Source: an uncultured virus (IMG/VR IMGVR_UViG_3300034198_030405)
Lineage: Duplodnaviria > Heunggongvirae > Uroviricota > Caudoviricetes
Direction: 5' to 3' (one strand)
DNA: 64,000 nt
IMG/VR virus record: IMGVR_UViG_3300034198_030405
In this document: positions 10,119 through 19,857 of the stretch, piece by piece
Position numbering within the stretch: position 1 is the first letter of the stretch
How the letters are laid out: every line of letters starts with the position of its first letter
Made by a program: the position numbers and the translations under genes
The notes under the pieces: model-generated
What the model was told of the DNA's origin: nothing
Seen by the model: the letters and a program-made list of their open reading frames with translations, nothing else
The model's database searches: none

Positions 10119-10520
10119 GTGCAGACGTTCATACAGTTTTTTTACGAAAAGAAAGCAATTCCACCTACAATTAGAGTTACAGTTCACGGCATTGGTAATT
10201 TTGAAGCTAAAGCTGATACAGGCAATGACGGTCACAACGTTTTACATGCAACCAACATCAAAGATGATGGGAGTATAGTGACATTTGTATGCAACAACAA
10301 GCAGCACAGAGCAAATTCCTGTGGCACAATGACGATTAACAAGGGCCCACAATTACAAGAAAACCGTCACGTGATTAAACTCGACGTGACGGTTGGCGGG
10401 ACAACTTATAAAAATCAGCCTTTTACTATTTCTGATCGCACCGGCATGACTGAGCCTGTACTTCTGAGCAAGAACTTTATTGCTCAAATGAATAGTGTGG
10501 TGGATCCTGCACTTACATAG
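10119..10520 (+). CDS. Retropepsin-like protease (RimK-associated putative Zn-protease family)
   Basis: AKADTGN and DRTGMTEPVLLSKNFI motifs; GTG start with TAAATA upstream. Confidence 0.75.
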   Translation: MQTFIQFFYEKKAIPPTIRVTVHGIGNFEAKADTGNDGHNVLHATNIKDDGSIVTFVCNNKQHRANSCGTMTINKGPQLQENRHVIKLDVTVGGTTYKNQPFTISDRTGMTEPVLLSKNFIAQMNSVVDPALT

Positions 10521-10534
10521 TAAATTTAACTTGC

Positions 10535-11176
10535 TTAATAACGAGTCTGCGCAAATTCAATGAATTTATAAAATTCAGCTCTACTTGCACCGCTTTCATC
10601 ATGAAATGCACCACTTACACGAGCTGTTCTCATTGTTGAGTCATGCTTAATTCCGCGGTTGCTGCAACATGTATGATTGCATTCAATCATCACTGCTACA
10701 CCTTTGTTTTTTACGCAAACCTTATCAACATAATCAAAAATTTGAGATGTTAATGCTTCTTGTACCTGCGGCCGACGAGCAAACCAGTCAACAATGCGAT
10801 TGAGCTTGCTGAGACCTATGACTTTACCTTCTTTTGATGGAATATATGCTACATGTGCACGCCCAGTGAACTGCAAATGATGATGAGAACACATGGATAC
10901 AACTTTTATATTATTCTGGCACACCATTCCATCATATCCATCAATATTATCAAACGATGTAATATTTGGCGGCGATGAATAACATCCTGCAATAAGATCA
11001 TTTACCCAGGCTTTAGCAACACGACGAGGTGTATCTGCACTATTAGGATCTTGTTTGAAGTCAAACTTCAATGCAGTCATAAACTCTGCATAATGTTTTG
11101 ATGCTTCATCAATCATTTTTTGACGTTCTTCTTCTGATTGCGGTAGGTTACCGTTGGCGTATTTGAGCAATTCCAT
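10535..11176 (-). CDS. folE: GTP cyclohydrolase I
   Basis: DTPRRVAK, SMCSHH, GLSKLNRIV, RRPQVQE, HTCCSNRG. Confidence 0.95.
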   Translation of the reverse strand: MELLKYANGNLPQSEEERQKMIDEASKHYAEFMTALKFDFKQDPNSADTPRRVAKAWVNDLIAGCYSSPPNITSFDNIDGYDGMVCQNNIKVVSMCSHHHLQFTGRAHVAYIPSKEGKVIGLSKLNRIVDWFARRPQVQEALTSQIFDYVDKVCVKNKGVAVMIECNHTCCSNRGIKHDSTMRTARVSGAFHDESGASRAEFYKFIEFAQTRY

Positions 11177-11221
11177 TTTTTAATATAGTGTAAAAACCAT
11201 AAAAGTCTACTAAATAACTGC

Positions 11222-12100
11222 ATGTCAAAATTTTTTGAACAATATAATGCAGTGCTTGAAAAAAATCTCCAAAAAGTGCGACTCAAAGTTGATCCACTTA
11301 ACAAATATGCTGAAGATTATGGTCAATATGATGGATATGTTGGATATATTCTTGCAGAAACAGAAAATGAAATCAAATTTTTTTATAACAGTAGTACTCT
11401 AAATATTCCTAAAAAAGCAGTTGTAATTGAAAATATGGTAGCTAATTACCTACAAGGTGCTGCGGGCCAGAAGCCAGTTGGTGCATTGGGTGCATTAGGC
11501 AGCATTACACGCGGCGTAGCGGGTACAGCTGCGAGGGCAGTATTTGGACCTCAAGTTACAGGAACATCAGCGGTGCCTGGTTCAGATACAAATAATTCAA
11601 CGCAAAAAACACCAACAACAAGCAAAGACAGGATAACAATGATTTCGCAAGATATGTTGGGTAAATCCTTTGGAGTTGTAGACAGCAAAGGTACAGCTTC
11701 CTTTACTGGGTCGAGTAATAAGACCTTTTATATATTAAAAATACAGCTTTTAAATAAAACTAAAAATGTACTTGAAAATAAAAGCTTTAGAGATATAGCT
11801 AATTTTTATACATATCTTTTTGAAAATACTAATCAGCCACCACCCATACCACCTACTAATCAGCCACCACCCATACCACCTACTAATCAGCCACCACCCA
11901 TACCACCTACTAATCAGCCACCGCAAAAAGCAGGCATTAAATTTACAGATATCATATCAAAGCCAGAATTTTTGAACGAAAATGCTCTTTTTACATGTAT
12001 GAATATAAAAGACAACTCACTAGTTCAAGGATACGGTCTTCTTACAAGAGTTCCTAATTCAAACGATTTTGTTATAAACTTTTCGGCTCAGCAATCTTGA
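11222..12100 (+). CDS. Hypothetical protein with Pro-rich tandem repeats
   Basis: TAAATA 5 nt upstream; KVRLKVDP..YVGYILAE N-terminal domain; (TNQPPPIPP)x3. Confidence 0.7.
   Translation: MSKFFEQYNAVLEKNLQKVRLKVDPLNKYAEDYGQYDGYVGYILAETENEIKFFYNSSTLNIPKKAVVIENMVANYLQGAAGQKPVGALGALGSITRGVAGTAARAVFGPQVTGTSAVPGSDTNNSTQKTPTTSKDRITMISQDMLGKSFGVVDSKGTASFTGSSNKTFYILKIQLLNKTKNVLENKSFRDIANFYTYLFENTNQPPPIPPTNQPPPIPPTNQPPPIPPTNQPPQKAGIKFTDIISKPEFLNENALFTCMNIKDNSLVQGYGLLTRVPNSNDFVINFSAQQS
11827..11922 (+). repeat. 27-bp tandem repeat, about 3.5 copies
   Basis: TACTAATCAGCCACCACCCATACCACC at 11827, 11854 and 11881, with a partial copy at 11908. Confidence 0.95.
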
Positions 12101-12124
12101 TTTTATAAATTTTAGTAGTATATT
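12097..12124 (+). promoter_or_regulatory. Sigma70-like promoter TTGATT-N16-TATATT, 5 nt before the queD ATG
   Basis: Same hexamers and spacing as upstream of nrdA (32109-32136). Confidence 0.65.
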
Positions 12125-12129
12125 GTGAT

Positions 12130-12756
12130 ATGTTTACAAGTACTAAAGTAATAGAGTTAGGATCATGTGCTTTTCGTCAGTGGAGAGCAAAACATTCACA
12201 CTGTCAATTCATTCATGGCTACCAGCTTAAAGCAAAGTTTTGGTTCAGATGTGAAGAGTTGGATGATAAAAATTGGGCGGTTGATTTTGGCAGCCTTAAA
12301 GAGCTCAAAAAACAACTACAATATATTTTTGATCACACGTATTGTGTAGCTGCTGATGATCCAGCAATTGATCAATTTAGAGCATTAGATGCAGCAGGCA
12401 TCATTCAGCTTCGTGTTTTTGAAAAAGGCGTTGGAGTAGAAAGAGCTGCTGAAAAATGCTTTGAAATTGCATCACAGTTTCTTAAAGAGAAATATGGTGA
12501 ACGCTGCAGCGTCAATCAAGTTGAGGTGTTTGAGCACGAAGATAATTCTGCAATTTATAGTAATTGCTTTGGCTGCAAGGATAGGGAAATTCCTGAAGAT
12601 GGTGGTTATTCAGAAGCAGCGGATGTTATTACAATTCATGAAATAACTCCGCTACCTCAGACTGAAACTACACGCAATGGAGGTAGACCAGCAAATGTTG
12701 GCTCACATGTATCAACTGGCAAAAGTGATTGGTTCAAGGGTACCTCTTGGGGTTAA
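12130..12756 (+). CDS. queD: 6-carboxytetrahydropterin synthase
   Basis: SCAFRQWRA.HSHCQFIHGY, VDFG.LK, FDHT, VFEHEDNSA. Confidence 0.9.
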   Translation: MFTSTKVIELGSCAFRQWRAKHSHCQFIHGYQLKAKFWFRCEELDDKNWAVDFGSLKELKKQLQYIFDHTYCVAADDPAIDQFRALDAAGIIQLRVFEKGVGVERAAEKCFEIASQFLKEKYGERCSVNQVEVFEHEDNSAIYSNCFGCKDREIPEDGGYSEAADVITIHEITPLPQTETTRNGGRPANVGSHVSTGKSDWFKGTSWG

Positions 12757-13505
12757 TGCTTTTTGATCCGCTCAATCTTACCAACAATGAAGCGCAGAAT
12801 TTTGCTTCGCACAATTTCGTTCTCACCGAACCGATATGTGTGAATGTGATTTTCTGCGCTTTCTGTATCATCAAAAGCATTAAATAAGTCTTTAAATCCT
12901 GACTTTGATCCAATGTCTGCTTGACGAGCATCTCCAATGGCAATATATTTTGAGTTGTGACCAAAACGCGTTAGAATAGTGACACCTTCTTCAAAAGTGA
13001 GGTTTTGAAACTCATCAATTATGACGAGTGAATCATGAAAGGTTAAACCTCTCACGAAGTTAACAGGAATGCATTTGATGATGCCGGAATCGATTAGTTC
13101 ACTTGAAGTGTGTGGAGAGAGAAGTTCATTCAACTTGTCTAGCAATGGTAAACTCCATGGCTTGAACTTTTCATCCAACTCACCAGGAAGAGCTCCAATG
13201 CTCTTGGTTGCTGATTCAACAATGCTGCGGATATATATAATATTTTTTATTTTCTTTTCTTGAAGCAGCAAAAGACCAGCATAAACTGCTAAAAATGTCT
13301 TTGCAGTGCCTGCAGGTCCATCTACAAACACCATTTTTGTTTTTTCATATAAGCAGGTATCTAAAAACGATTTATGTACATCATTGAGCTGATACTTGTT
13401 TCTAATTCCAAGTGAATTACTTGTCGTAGATGTGTGTAATTCAATGTCGCCATCACCGAACTCTAAATCTGCCAGCGCTTTGCGCAAGCGGGGTTTTTTG
13501 CTCAT
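12753..13505 (-). CDS. phoH: PhoH-like ATPase
   Basis: GPAGTAKT, RGLTF, IIDEFQN, GDARQAD; start placed 6 nt after TAAATA. Confidence 0.92.
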   Translation of the reverse strand: MSKKPRLRKALADLEFGDGDIELHTSTTSNSLGIRNKYQLNDVHKSFLDTCLYEKTKMVFVDGPAGTAKTFLAVYAGLLLLQEKKIKNIIYIRSIVESATKSIGALPGELDEKFKPWSLPLLDKLNELLSPHTSSELIDSGIIKCIPVNFVRGLTFHDSLVIIDEFQNLTFEEGVTILTRFGHNSKYIAIGDARQADIGSKSGFKDLFNAFDDTESAENHIHTYRFGENEIVRSKILRFIVGKIERIKKH

Positions 13506-13552
13506 ATACATTATTTATGTTGAAATATTAGTTCTAGCTATTATTTTTATAT

Positions 13553-14425
13553 ATGAGTGATATTGTTAACAACTACAACCATTTGGTAATTTCTGAAGAT
13601 TTCTATTCTGTACAGGGAGAAGGCATCACAACAGGCTGCCCCTCTTATTTTATTCGTCTTAAAGACTGTAACCTTACATGCGGTGCAACTCGAGCTGTTG
13701 CAAAACAAGTGAAGGGTGCAGGCTTAGGCAACACAGATCCAGGGTCTTTTAAAGGAGACTTACATGCAGCAGGCAAAGCAACCTGGACATGTGACTCTCT
13801 ACCTGTGTGGCTTTTCGGTGAAAAGAAGCCGTTTGAATATCTCATCAATCGTTGGAGAGAACATAAAAATTATGATGGCTCTACAATGTTAGATTGGATT
13901 TTGAGTGGCCAGACTCATCTGATCTGGACTGGTGGTGAGCCAACCCTACCCAAGCATCAAGAATGCATTGCAAATTTTATTCATCATCTTGCTGATGTTT
14001 ATCAAGCAGAAGACTCTGCCATTGATTATGGTGTATATAATGAGATTGAGACCAATGGCACACAATACATTGATGATATGCTGTATGATGAACTTCATCA
14101 AATCAACTGCAGTGCGAAGTTAAGTAACTCTGGCCTTGATAAAGAAGATCGCATTGTACCTGAAGCCATAGAGCGCATTAAAAACCACTGGAATTCACGA
14201 TTCAAGTTTGTAATTTCAACAGAAGAAGACATTAAAGAAATTATTACTGATTATCTTGTACCGTTTAACATCCCCATGACTCAAGTTGTGTGCATGCCGG
14301 GAATGGATAGTCGGGAAAATTTTCATGAACGCACTGCTTTCGTGCTAGAAATGGCAAAGAAATATGGATTTACCGGACTGTCTCGCCTGCACGTGAGTGC
14401 ATGGGATAAAACATGCTCTGTATAA
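13553..14425 (+). CDS. queE: 7-carboxy-7-deazaguanine synthase (radical SAM, with an insertion in the Cys motif)
   Basis: FYSVQGEG, RLKDCNLTC...WTCDS, TGGEP, ETNGT, RLHV. Confidence 0.88.
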   Translation: MSDIVNNYNHLVISEDFYSVQGEGITTGCPSYFIRLKDCNLTCGATRAVAKQVKGAGLGNTDPGSFKGDLHAAGKATWTCDSLPVWLFGEKKPFEYLINRWREHKNYDGSTMLDWILSGQTHLIWTGGEPTLPKHQECIANFIHHLADVYQAEDSAIDYGVYNEIETNGTQYIDDMLYDELHQINCSAKLSNSGLDKEDRIVPEAIERIKNHWNSRFKFVISTEEDIKEIITDYLVPFNIPMTQVVCMPGMDSRENFHERTAFVLEMAKKYGFTGLSRLHVSAWDKTCSV

Positions 14426-14466
14426 CGAGCGAGGGAATACCCGATCAATGTTTTTCCGACGAACAT

Positions 14467-14919
14467 ATGAATAATGAAGATACAAAGCATGTAAGCAAAG
14501 TAATAATTGTTTATAAAGGTAAGCTGTTGCTTTTGCTGCCGATGAACAAACAAAAGTGGCATTTGCCCGGTGGACACATTAAACGTGGTGAGACGTCACA
14601 AGAAGGTGCAAGAAGAGAAGTGAAAGAGGAGACACAACTATTAATTACATCATTCACAAGTGTATATAGATTGCATAATTTTGAATTATTTTTGTGCAAA
14701 ACCAGTACAAATAATGTTAAACTGAGCAGTGAGCACAGATCTTACAAATGGGTTACATCCAATGAAGCACTACATAAAATGTATATCACAAAAGAAACTG
14801 AAAGAGATCTCACTGAAGCAATCAACAAACAATTGATTGTACTGCCTGCACAAAAACAGAAAATAACAAAGAAAAAACAACAACAAGATGTTGATTTAGA
14901 GGATGAGGAAAATAAATGA
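14467..14919 (+). CDS. NUDIX hydrolase
   Basis: Nudix box PGGHIKRGETSQEGARREVKEET. Confidence 0.9.
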   Translation: MNNEDTKHVSKVIIVYKGKLLLLLPMNKQKWHLPGGHIKRGETSQEGARREVKEETQLLITSFTSVYRLHNFELFLCKTSTNNVKLSSEHRSYKWVTSNEALHKMYITKETERDLTEAINKQLIVLPAQKQKITKKKQQQDVDLEDEENK

Positions 14920-14923
14920 AATT

Positions 14924-15151
14924 ATGGCAAAAGAACAACCCAGTACAGTCCCACATTCCGTAGTTGAGATAAACACAACAGTTGAATATCAAGGCGAAAA
15001 GCTTCAATCAGTCATTAGATTCAACGTAGAGGAGCTTGCTCAAATTGTAAAAAATAAGGGCGCAGAAGCTGCTAACAAAAGCATGAAAACACTAACTGAT
15101 CAGATCTACGCAAAGACTAGCGAAAATCTTAAGCAGCTTATCAATAAATGA
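14924..15151 (+). CDS. Hypothetical protein
   Basis: Short ORF coupled to the next gene. Confidence 0.55.
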   Translation: MAKEQPSTVPHSVVEINTTVEYQGEKLQSVIRFNVEELAQIVKNKGAEAANKSMKTLTDQIYAKTSENLKQLINK

Positions 15152-15882
15152 GAATTGCATTTAGCGGTACTGCGAATACCGGAAAAACCACACTAATCAA
15201 AGATTTTTTGACAGTATGGCCCATGTATTCTACACCGTCAAAAACATATAGAGACATCATTGCTGAAAGTAGTATCACACATAGCAAGAATGTAAACAAG
15301 CAAGGTCAGGAAGCAATTCTTGATTTTATGGTTGATAGTATGCAGGGTAAAACCGCAGATGATCACATTGCATATGATAGATGCCCACTAGATAACGTTA
15401 TATATTCTCTCTGGGCGAATGAAAAAACGTCATCAGATATTGATGACGTTTTTATTGAAAAATGTGCTAAAAAGGTAAGAGAATCTCTAAAGAATCTAGA
15501 CATTATTTTTTGGATTCCTTATACTGAGCGCATTACAATTGCACAAGATAATATGAGAGAAACAGACAGTGTTTATATCAAGGAGATTGATAATCTCTTT
15601 GAAGTAATTTATAATCAATACATATGCAATGATAAGTTTTTCCTGTTTGACAATGAGGATAGGCCTGCAATAATTCCTATTCATTCTTCTGATAGATTTA
15701 TGCGAATCAAAGAAATCGCAAACTATATACATGAAAATGGTAGCATGGTTGTACCAGATGACTCATGGGTTGAAGAACTGCAAAATGCAACTAAACCAGA
15801 AGATGCACAGCATGCTGTTGAAGATTTAATTAAACAGCAAAAGCAGCAATTGCTCAAAGATACAGGAATTATAGTACCGTAG
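15148..15882 (+). CDS. P-loop nucleotide kinase-like protein (AAA_28/dNMP kinase-like)
   Basis: RIAFSGTANTGKTT, YDRCPLD. Confidence 0.75.
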   Translation: MRIAFSGTANTGKTTLIKDFLTVWPMYSTPSKTYRDIIAESSITHSKNVNKQGQEAILDFMVDSMQGKTADDHIAYDRCPLDNVIYSLWANEKTSSDIDDVFIEKCAKKVRESLKNLDIIFWIPYTERITIAQDNMRETDSVYIKEIDNLFEVIYNQYICNDKFFLFDNEDRPAIIPIHSSDRFMRIKEIANYIHENGSMVVPDDSWVEELQNATKPEDAQHAVEDLIKQQKQQLLKDTGIIVP

Positions 15883-16717
15883 ACTGTATATTAATAGCTG
15901 GGGCTGCAACATCAGCAATCTTTTCAAGATACATGCTGATGTTGCATGCACTTGTCTGTAGCATCTTAAACAAGCTGGCACTCAGTGGAGATGCAGAAGC
16001 AGTGCTATAAAGAGTTTTAAACTGAGTACTACCTATCTTAAATGTACCATATGTTGTTGCTTTGATTGCAACTTCTGCATCTTTACAAAGAGTGAAGTAT
16101 CCGTCGATGTTGAGATTCTTTTGCTGATTTTCACCGGTTGGTATAAATGGAGATCCGAGCAACAAAACTCGCGCAGGGGGAGAATTTTGATATAGATAAA
16201 TTTGCATCCATGTCGTACCAGATGTTGCTGATGTGATGCTGGCATCAATGGACGTCTTATATACACCTGCAGGCAACAGCAATGCGCTTGCTGCTGTTGA
16301 TAGAGTCAAATCAGTACATATGTTGATGTTATTCAAATCAGTTGCTGATTGCTGCAATGAAAGCTGATTAACTTCAATAAAATTGAGAGGCAAATCAATG
16401 CCTGCACCAGAAAAATACTGACCACCTGAGAGTGGGGAGATGTTTTTGAATACAGCAATAGAAGTTTTTAGAATCTGAGCCAATTCATTATAAACATTGC
16501 TACTCAATGCTGTATATTGCGCACACAGCCCAATAGTTGATGTGACAAGTGCTTCAATTGTGGGTCTAAAATTTGTTTGATCGAGATCAATGACGATGTC
16601 GTTAAAGTCAATGATTCCGGTACCATCAGGTGTCTCAATGATAAAAAAATCACCACTTTGCGCAAAATTTATTTGCGGTAGTTGCTTGATATTAATTCCA
16701 ATAGGGTCAGTTGCCAT
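15869..16717 (-). CDS. Hypothetical protein, possibly virion/tail-associated
   Basis: INIKQLPQ..SGDFFIIETPDGT N-terminus, S/T/A-rich; TAAATA upstream. Confidence 0.55.
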   Translation of the reverse strand: MATDPIGINIKQLPQINFAQSGDFFIIETPDGTGIIDFNDIVIDLDQTNFRPTIEALVTSTIGLCAQYTALSSNVYNELAQILKTSIAVFKNISPLSGGQYFSGAGIDLPLNFIEVNQLSLQQSATDLNNINICTDLTLSTAASALLLPAGVYKTSIDASITSATSGTTWMQIYLYQNSPPARVLLLGSPFIPTGENQQKNLNIDGYFTLCKDAEVAIKATTYGTFKIGSTQFKTLYSTASASPLSASLFKMLQTSACNISMYLEKIADVAAPAINIQSTVL

Positions 16718-16746
16718 TTGTATGTATTTATGCTATATTATCTATA

Positions 16747-17541
16747 ATGAAAATTGGCGCCGGAATAATTACATGCAACAGGCAAATAATGTTTGAAAAA
16801 TGCTTCAAAAGCATTCCATCACATAAGGTTGATGAACTCATCATTATAAATGACGGCGAGCAATCTGTTGATAGTTTTGTACATGCGCATAATATGCATG
16901 CGAGTATAATTAATACAGGTGGTGGGGGTGTAGGCATAGCAAAAAATGCAGCATTAAAATATTTGATCGATAAAGAATGTGATTACATTTTTCTCATTGA
17001 AGATGATATGCTCATCAAGAGAGAGGATATCTTTGAAGAATATATCAAAGCTAGTAAAGCAACAGGTCTGCATCATATGATGTTTGCATATCACGGTCCT
17101 GCAAATAAAAATAATATATCTGGTGGACCGCCTTGTCCGCGTGTGGTATTAGAATATCCTTCTGAATTAAAGATAGCACTCAATCAGCACTGCGTGGGTG
17201 CATTTTGCATGTACACAAAAGAGAGTCTACAAAAAGTTGGCTTATTTGATACACAGTTTCACAATGCTTTTGAGCATGTGCATCACTCATATTTGCTGTG
17301 CAAAAATAACTTCTGCACTGAATACTGGTGGTGGCCAGACATTGCAAATAGCCTCGACTTCATTGAAGAGCAGGCATGCTCTGAACACAATAGCACCATT
17401 AGACCACGCAAAGATTGGCAAGAAAACATTAGAAAAGGCTTTGAACACTTTATAAAGCTTGAGGGCAAAAGCCCGGTGCAGATTGCAGATGCTTCTTTTG
17501 AGCAAGTCAAGACAAAACTCAAACAACTCATTAAACAATGA
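16747..17541 (+). CDS. Glycosyltransferase family 2
   Basis: IITCNR, IINDG, AKNAAL, FLIEDD. Confidence 0.85.
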   Translation: MKIGAGIITCNRQIMFEKCFKSIPSHKVDELIIINDGEQSVDSFVHAHNMHASIINTGGGGVGIAKNAALKYLIDKECDYIFLIEDDMLIKREDIFEEYIKASKATGLHHMMFAYHGPANKNNISGGPPCPRVVLEYPSELKIALNQHCVGAFCMYTKESLQKVGLFDTQFHNAFEHVHHSYLLCKNNFCTEYWWWPDIANSLDFIEEQACSEHNSTIRPRKDWQENIRKGFEHFIKLEGKSPVQIADASFEQVKTKLKQLIKQ

Positions 17542-18341
17542 TCACTAGCAAAGACATTACATTCATCTGTCACATTAGAATTGATAATGAAGCACGTCTC
17601 AAAAACGTAAAAACCATCTACAAATACTACAAAAAGCATTTGCATGGCTGCAAGTTTGTTTTTGTTGAAGATGATGAGCAAGCAAATTCGCTGGATATTA
17701 CACTTGATGCAGGTGATGAGTATGTGCTTATAATAAACCAAGATACAATCAAGAAATGTACTGGGTATAATCGTGGTGTAAGGCACGCTAATACAGATAT
17801 TCTGATTTTCTTGGATGTCGATGTAATTATAGACTGTGGCAAACTGCTAGAATGTATCAATGAAGCGCAGTGCAACAGTTCTCCTGAATGTCTCATTGGA
17901 TACAATGGATGTGCCTTCTACATGACACAACAGGGGGAGAACCAATTTCTCAATACACTAGACGTTGAGGATTTGCACTCTAAAATAAAAGACCTTCATT
18001 TAATTACCAACAATGCGAATGAATTTGCTTTGCTTGGCAATACCAAAGCAGTTGGAGGCTGTCTGATTATGACCAAGAAGTCATTCAACCAAATCAATGG
18101 TTTTAATCCATTTTTTATTGGATGGGGATATGAGGATAATGAAATCATTTCCCGTGCCCATACTCTTGGATTGAATGTAACCAAAAGCAACATTGCAAAT
18201 CACTACCTGTATCATTTGCCACATTGTGATACATCTGTAAATAAAGCACAACACAATCACTACAAACAAAATGAAGCAATTGTACAGTTTGTAGAGAGCC
18301 TCAACAAAGAACAACTTCAACGATACATCAAACAATGGTAA
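17538..18341 (+). CDS. Glycosyltransferase (GT2/GT7 galactosyltransferase-like)
   Basis: FLDVDV DxD motif, INGFNPFFIGWGYEDNE. Confidence 0.85.
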   Translation: MITSKDITFICHIRIDNEARLKNVKTIYKYYKKHLHGCKFVFVEDDEQANSLDITLDAGDEYVLIINQDTIKKCTGYNRGVRHANTDILIFLDVDVIIDCGKLLECINEAQCNSSPECLIGYNGCAFYMTQQGENQFLNTLDVEDLHSKIKDLHLITNNANEFALLGNTKAVGGCLIMTKKSFNQINGFNPFFIGWGYEDNEIISRAHTLGLNVTKSNIANHYLYHLPHCDTSVNKAQHNHYKQNEAIVQFVESLNKEQLQRYIKQW

Positions 18342-19186
18342 AGGTAAATATTCGAGACAAAAACTTTGGTGGTGAACCTTCTTCATGCCACAAAGGCGTC
18401 AACAAATATGTTGAATGGGAATTTGGCAATACTCCAACAAGCAAAAGCTGCTTCATTACAGATTTATGCTTGCCTGATGTATACAAAGCCAAAGGTGTAA
18501 AACGCAAAATTGCGTGGATTCTTGAACCACGCGCCATTCATCCACAAGTGTATGAATGGATTGAGCAGAATAATCGATTGTTCGATTTTGTACTCACCTT
18601 TGATACTGATCTCATCAACAGAGGTGAGAACTTCTTATATTATCCTCATGGCAGATGCTGGATCAATGGTAGCCCTACTGTAGAGGTTGAAACAAGTCAT
18701 GGACAATATAATCTAAAAAAGAACAAAATGTGTTCCATCATTGCATCAAGTAAAAATTTTACAACAGGACATCAATTGCGACACAAAATCATTCAAAGCA
18801 AATATGATAATGTTGATGTGTATGGTTATGGGTACAAGCCAGTAGAAAGCAAAAGAGAATCACTTGATGAATATCGCTTTTCCATCACCATTGAGAATTC
18901 AATTCAACCTGGTTACTGGACTGAAAAAATTGTAGACTGCTTTGCAACACAAACAATTCCCATCTTCTGGGGTGATAGATCCATTGCAGAGCATTTTGAT
19001 GAAAATGGAATTTTGTTCTTCAATGACTTGAATGAATTGGAAGAAATTTTAAATCAGATTAGTGAAAATGGTCAAGAGATGTATGAACACCGGCAACAAG
19101 CAATTAGACAAAATTATCATCTAGTTGAACAATATCGCATTCCAGAAGACTGGATGTACTTAAAATATCCATTTCTTTTCAATTAA
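18335..19186 (+). CDS. GT10 (fucosyltransferase-like) glycosyltransferase
   Basis: YRFSITIENS..PGYWTEKIVDCF..TIPIFWG. Confidence 0.8.
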   Translation: MVKVNIRDKNFGGEPSSCHKGVNKYVEWEFGNTPTSKSCFITDLCLPDVYKAKGVKRKIAWILEPRAIHPQVYEWIEQNNRLFDFVLTFDTDLINRGENFLYYPHGRCWINGSPTVEVETSHGQYNLKKNKMCSIIASSKNFTTGHQLRHKIIQSKYDNVDVYGYGYKPVESKRESLDEYRFSITIENSIQPGYWTEKIVDCFATQTIPIFWGDRSIAEHFDENGILFFNDLNELEEILNQISENGQEMYEHRQQAIRQNYHLVEQYRIPEDWMYLKYPFLFN

Positions 19187-19857
19187 TGAAAGCATTGATT
19201 AAACAACCAGCCGGCATTGGTGATATTTTCTTTTGCCAAAAAATTGCGCACAAACTACGTCAACAAAATTATGATGTAGTTTGGCCAGTTATTCCTGAAT
19301 TTCTTTGGATTAAAGATTACATCAAAGACATTGAATTTTGCAATATAAATGAAGTACTGCATTACAATTATGATGCAATTTTACCGTTGCATGATGCAGA
19401 TAAATTATTTCCAGGTATATCAGTCATGGAAGCAAAATATAAGCTTGTTGATTTGAGATATGATGATTGGTGTAAATATTTTGATTTTAAACACAATTAC
19501 CATAAAGAGGAACAGCTGTTTTATGATGTCTTAAAGTTAGCAGATGATACACCATATGTTTTAAAAAATTTCTATTTTGCATCTCCACCACAAACACAAA
19601 TTTGTGAAGCAGCTAAAAACGCTAATTGCAACAACATGAGAGAAATTTGCATGACCAACTTACCTGATTTCACATTATTAGATTGGTGCAAAGTTATTTC
19701 AAAGGCAAAAACAATTCATACTGTTGAAACATCAATCAATTACATCATTGAAAAAGTTGATTCAACCAAAGACCTGCATATGTATTCTAAATGGAAGCCT
19801 TCGAGCTTTTTCCATATAAAAAACCTCTTCAAGAAACCCTGGAGATATTATGAGTGA
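19186..19857 (+). CDS. Putative glycosyltransferase-like protein
   Basis: QPAGIGDIFF N-terminus, IHTVETS; lies within the glycan cluster. Confidence 0.5.
   Translation: MKALIKQPAGIGDIFFCQKIAHKLRQQNYDVVWPVIPEFLWIKDYIKDIEFCNINEVLHYNYDAILPLHDADKLFPGISVMEAKYKLVDLRYDDWCKYFDFKHNYHKEEQLFYDVLKLADDTPYVLKNFYFASPPQTQICEAAKNANCNNMREICMTNLPDFTLLDWCKVISKAKTIHTVETSINYIIEKVDSTKDLHMYSKWKPSSFFHIKNLFKKPWRYYE

Noticed and set aside
11827..11922. Possible CRISPR array
   Set aside because: Head-to-tail coding repeats without spacers; no cas genes or repeat-spacer arrays were seen in the window.
13526..13550. GTTCTAGCTA upstream of queE resembles the preQ1-I riboswitch loop
   Set aside because: The flanks do not form the P1 stem, there is no A-rich tail, and it lies in the predicted promoter spacer.
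10535..14425. queC within the Que gene set
   Set aside because: No ORF with the SGGxDS PP-loop and Cys cluster was found in this window; it may lie elsewhere or be supplied by the host.
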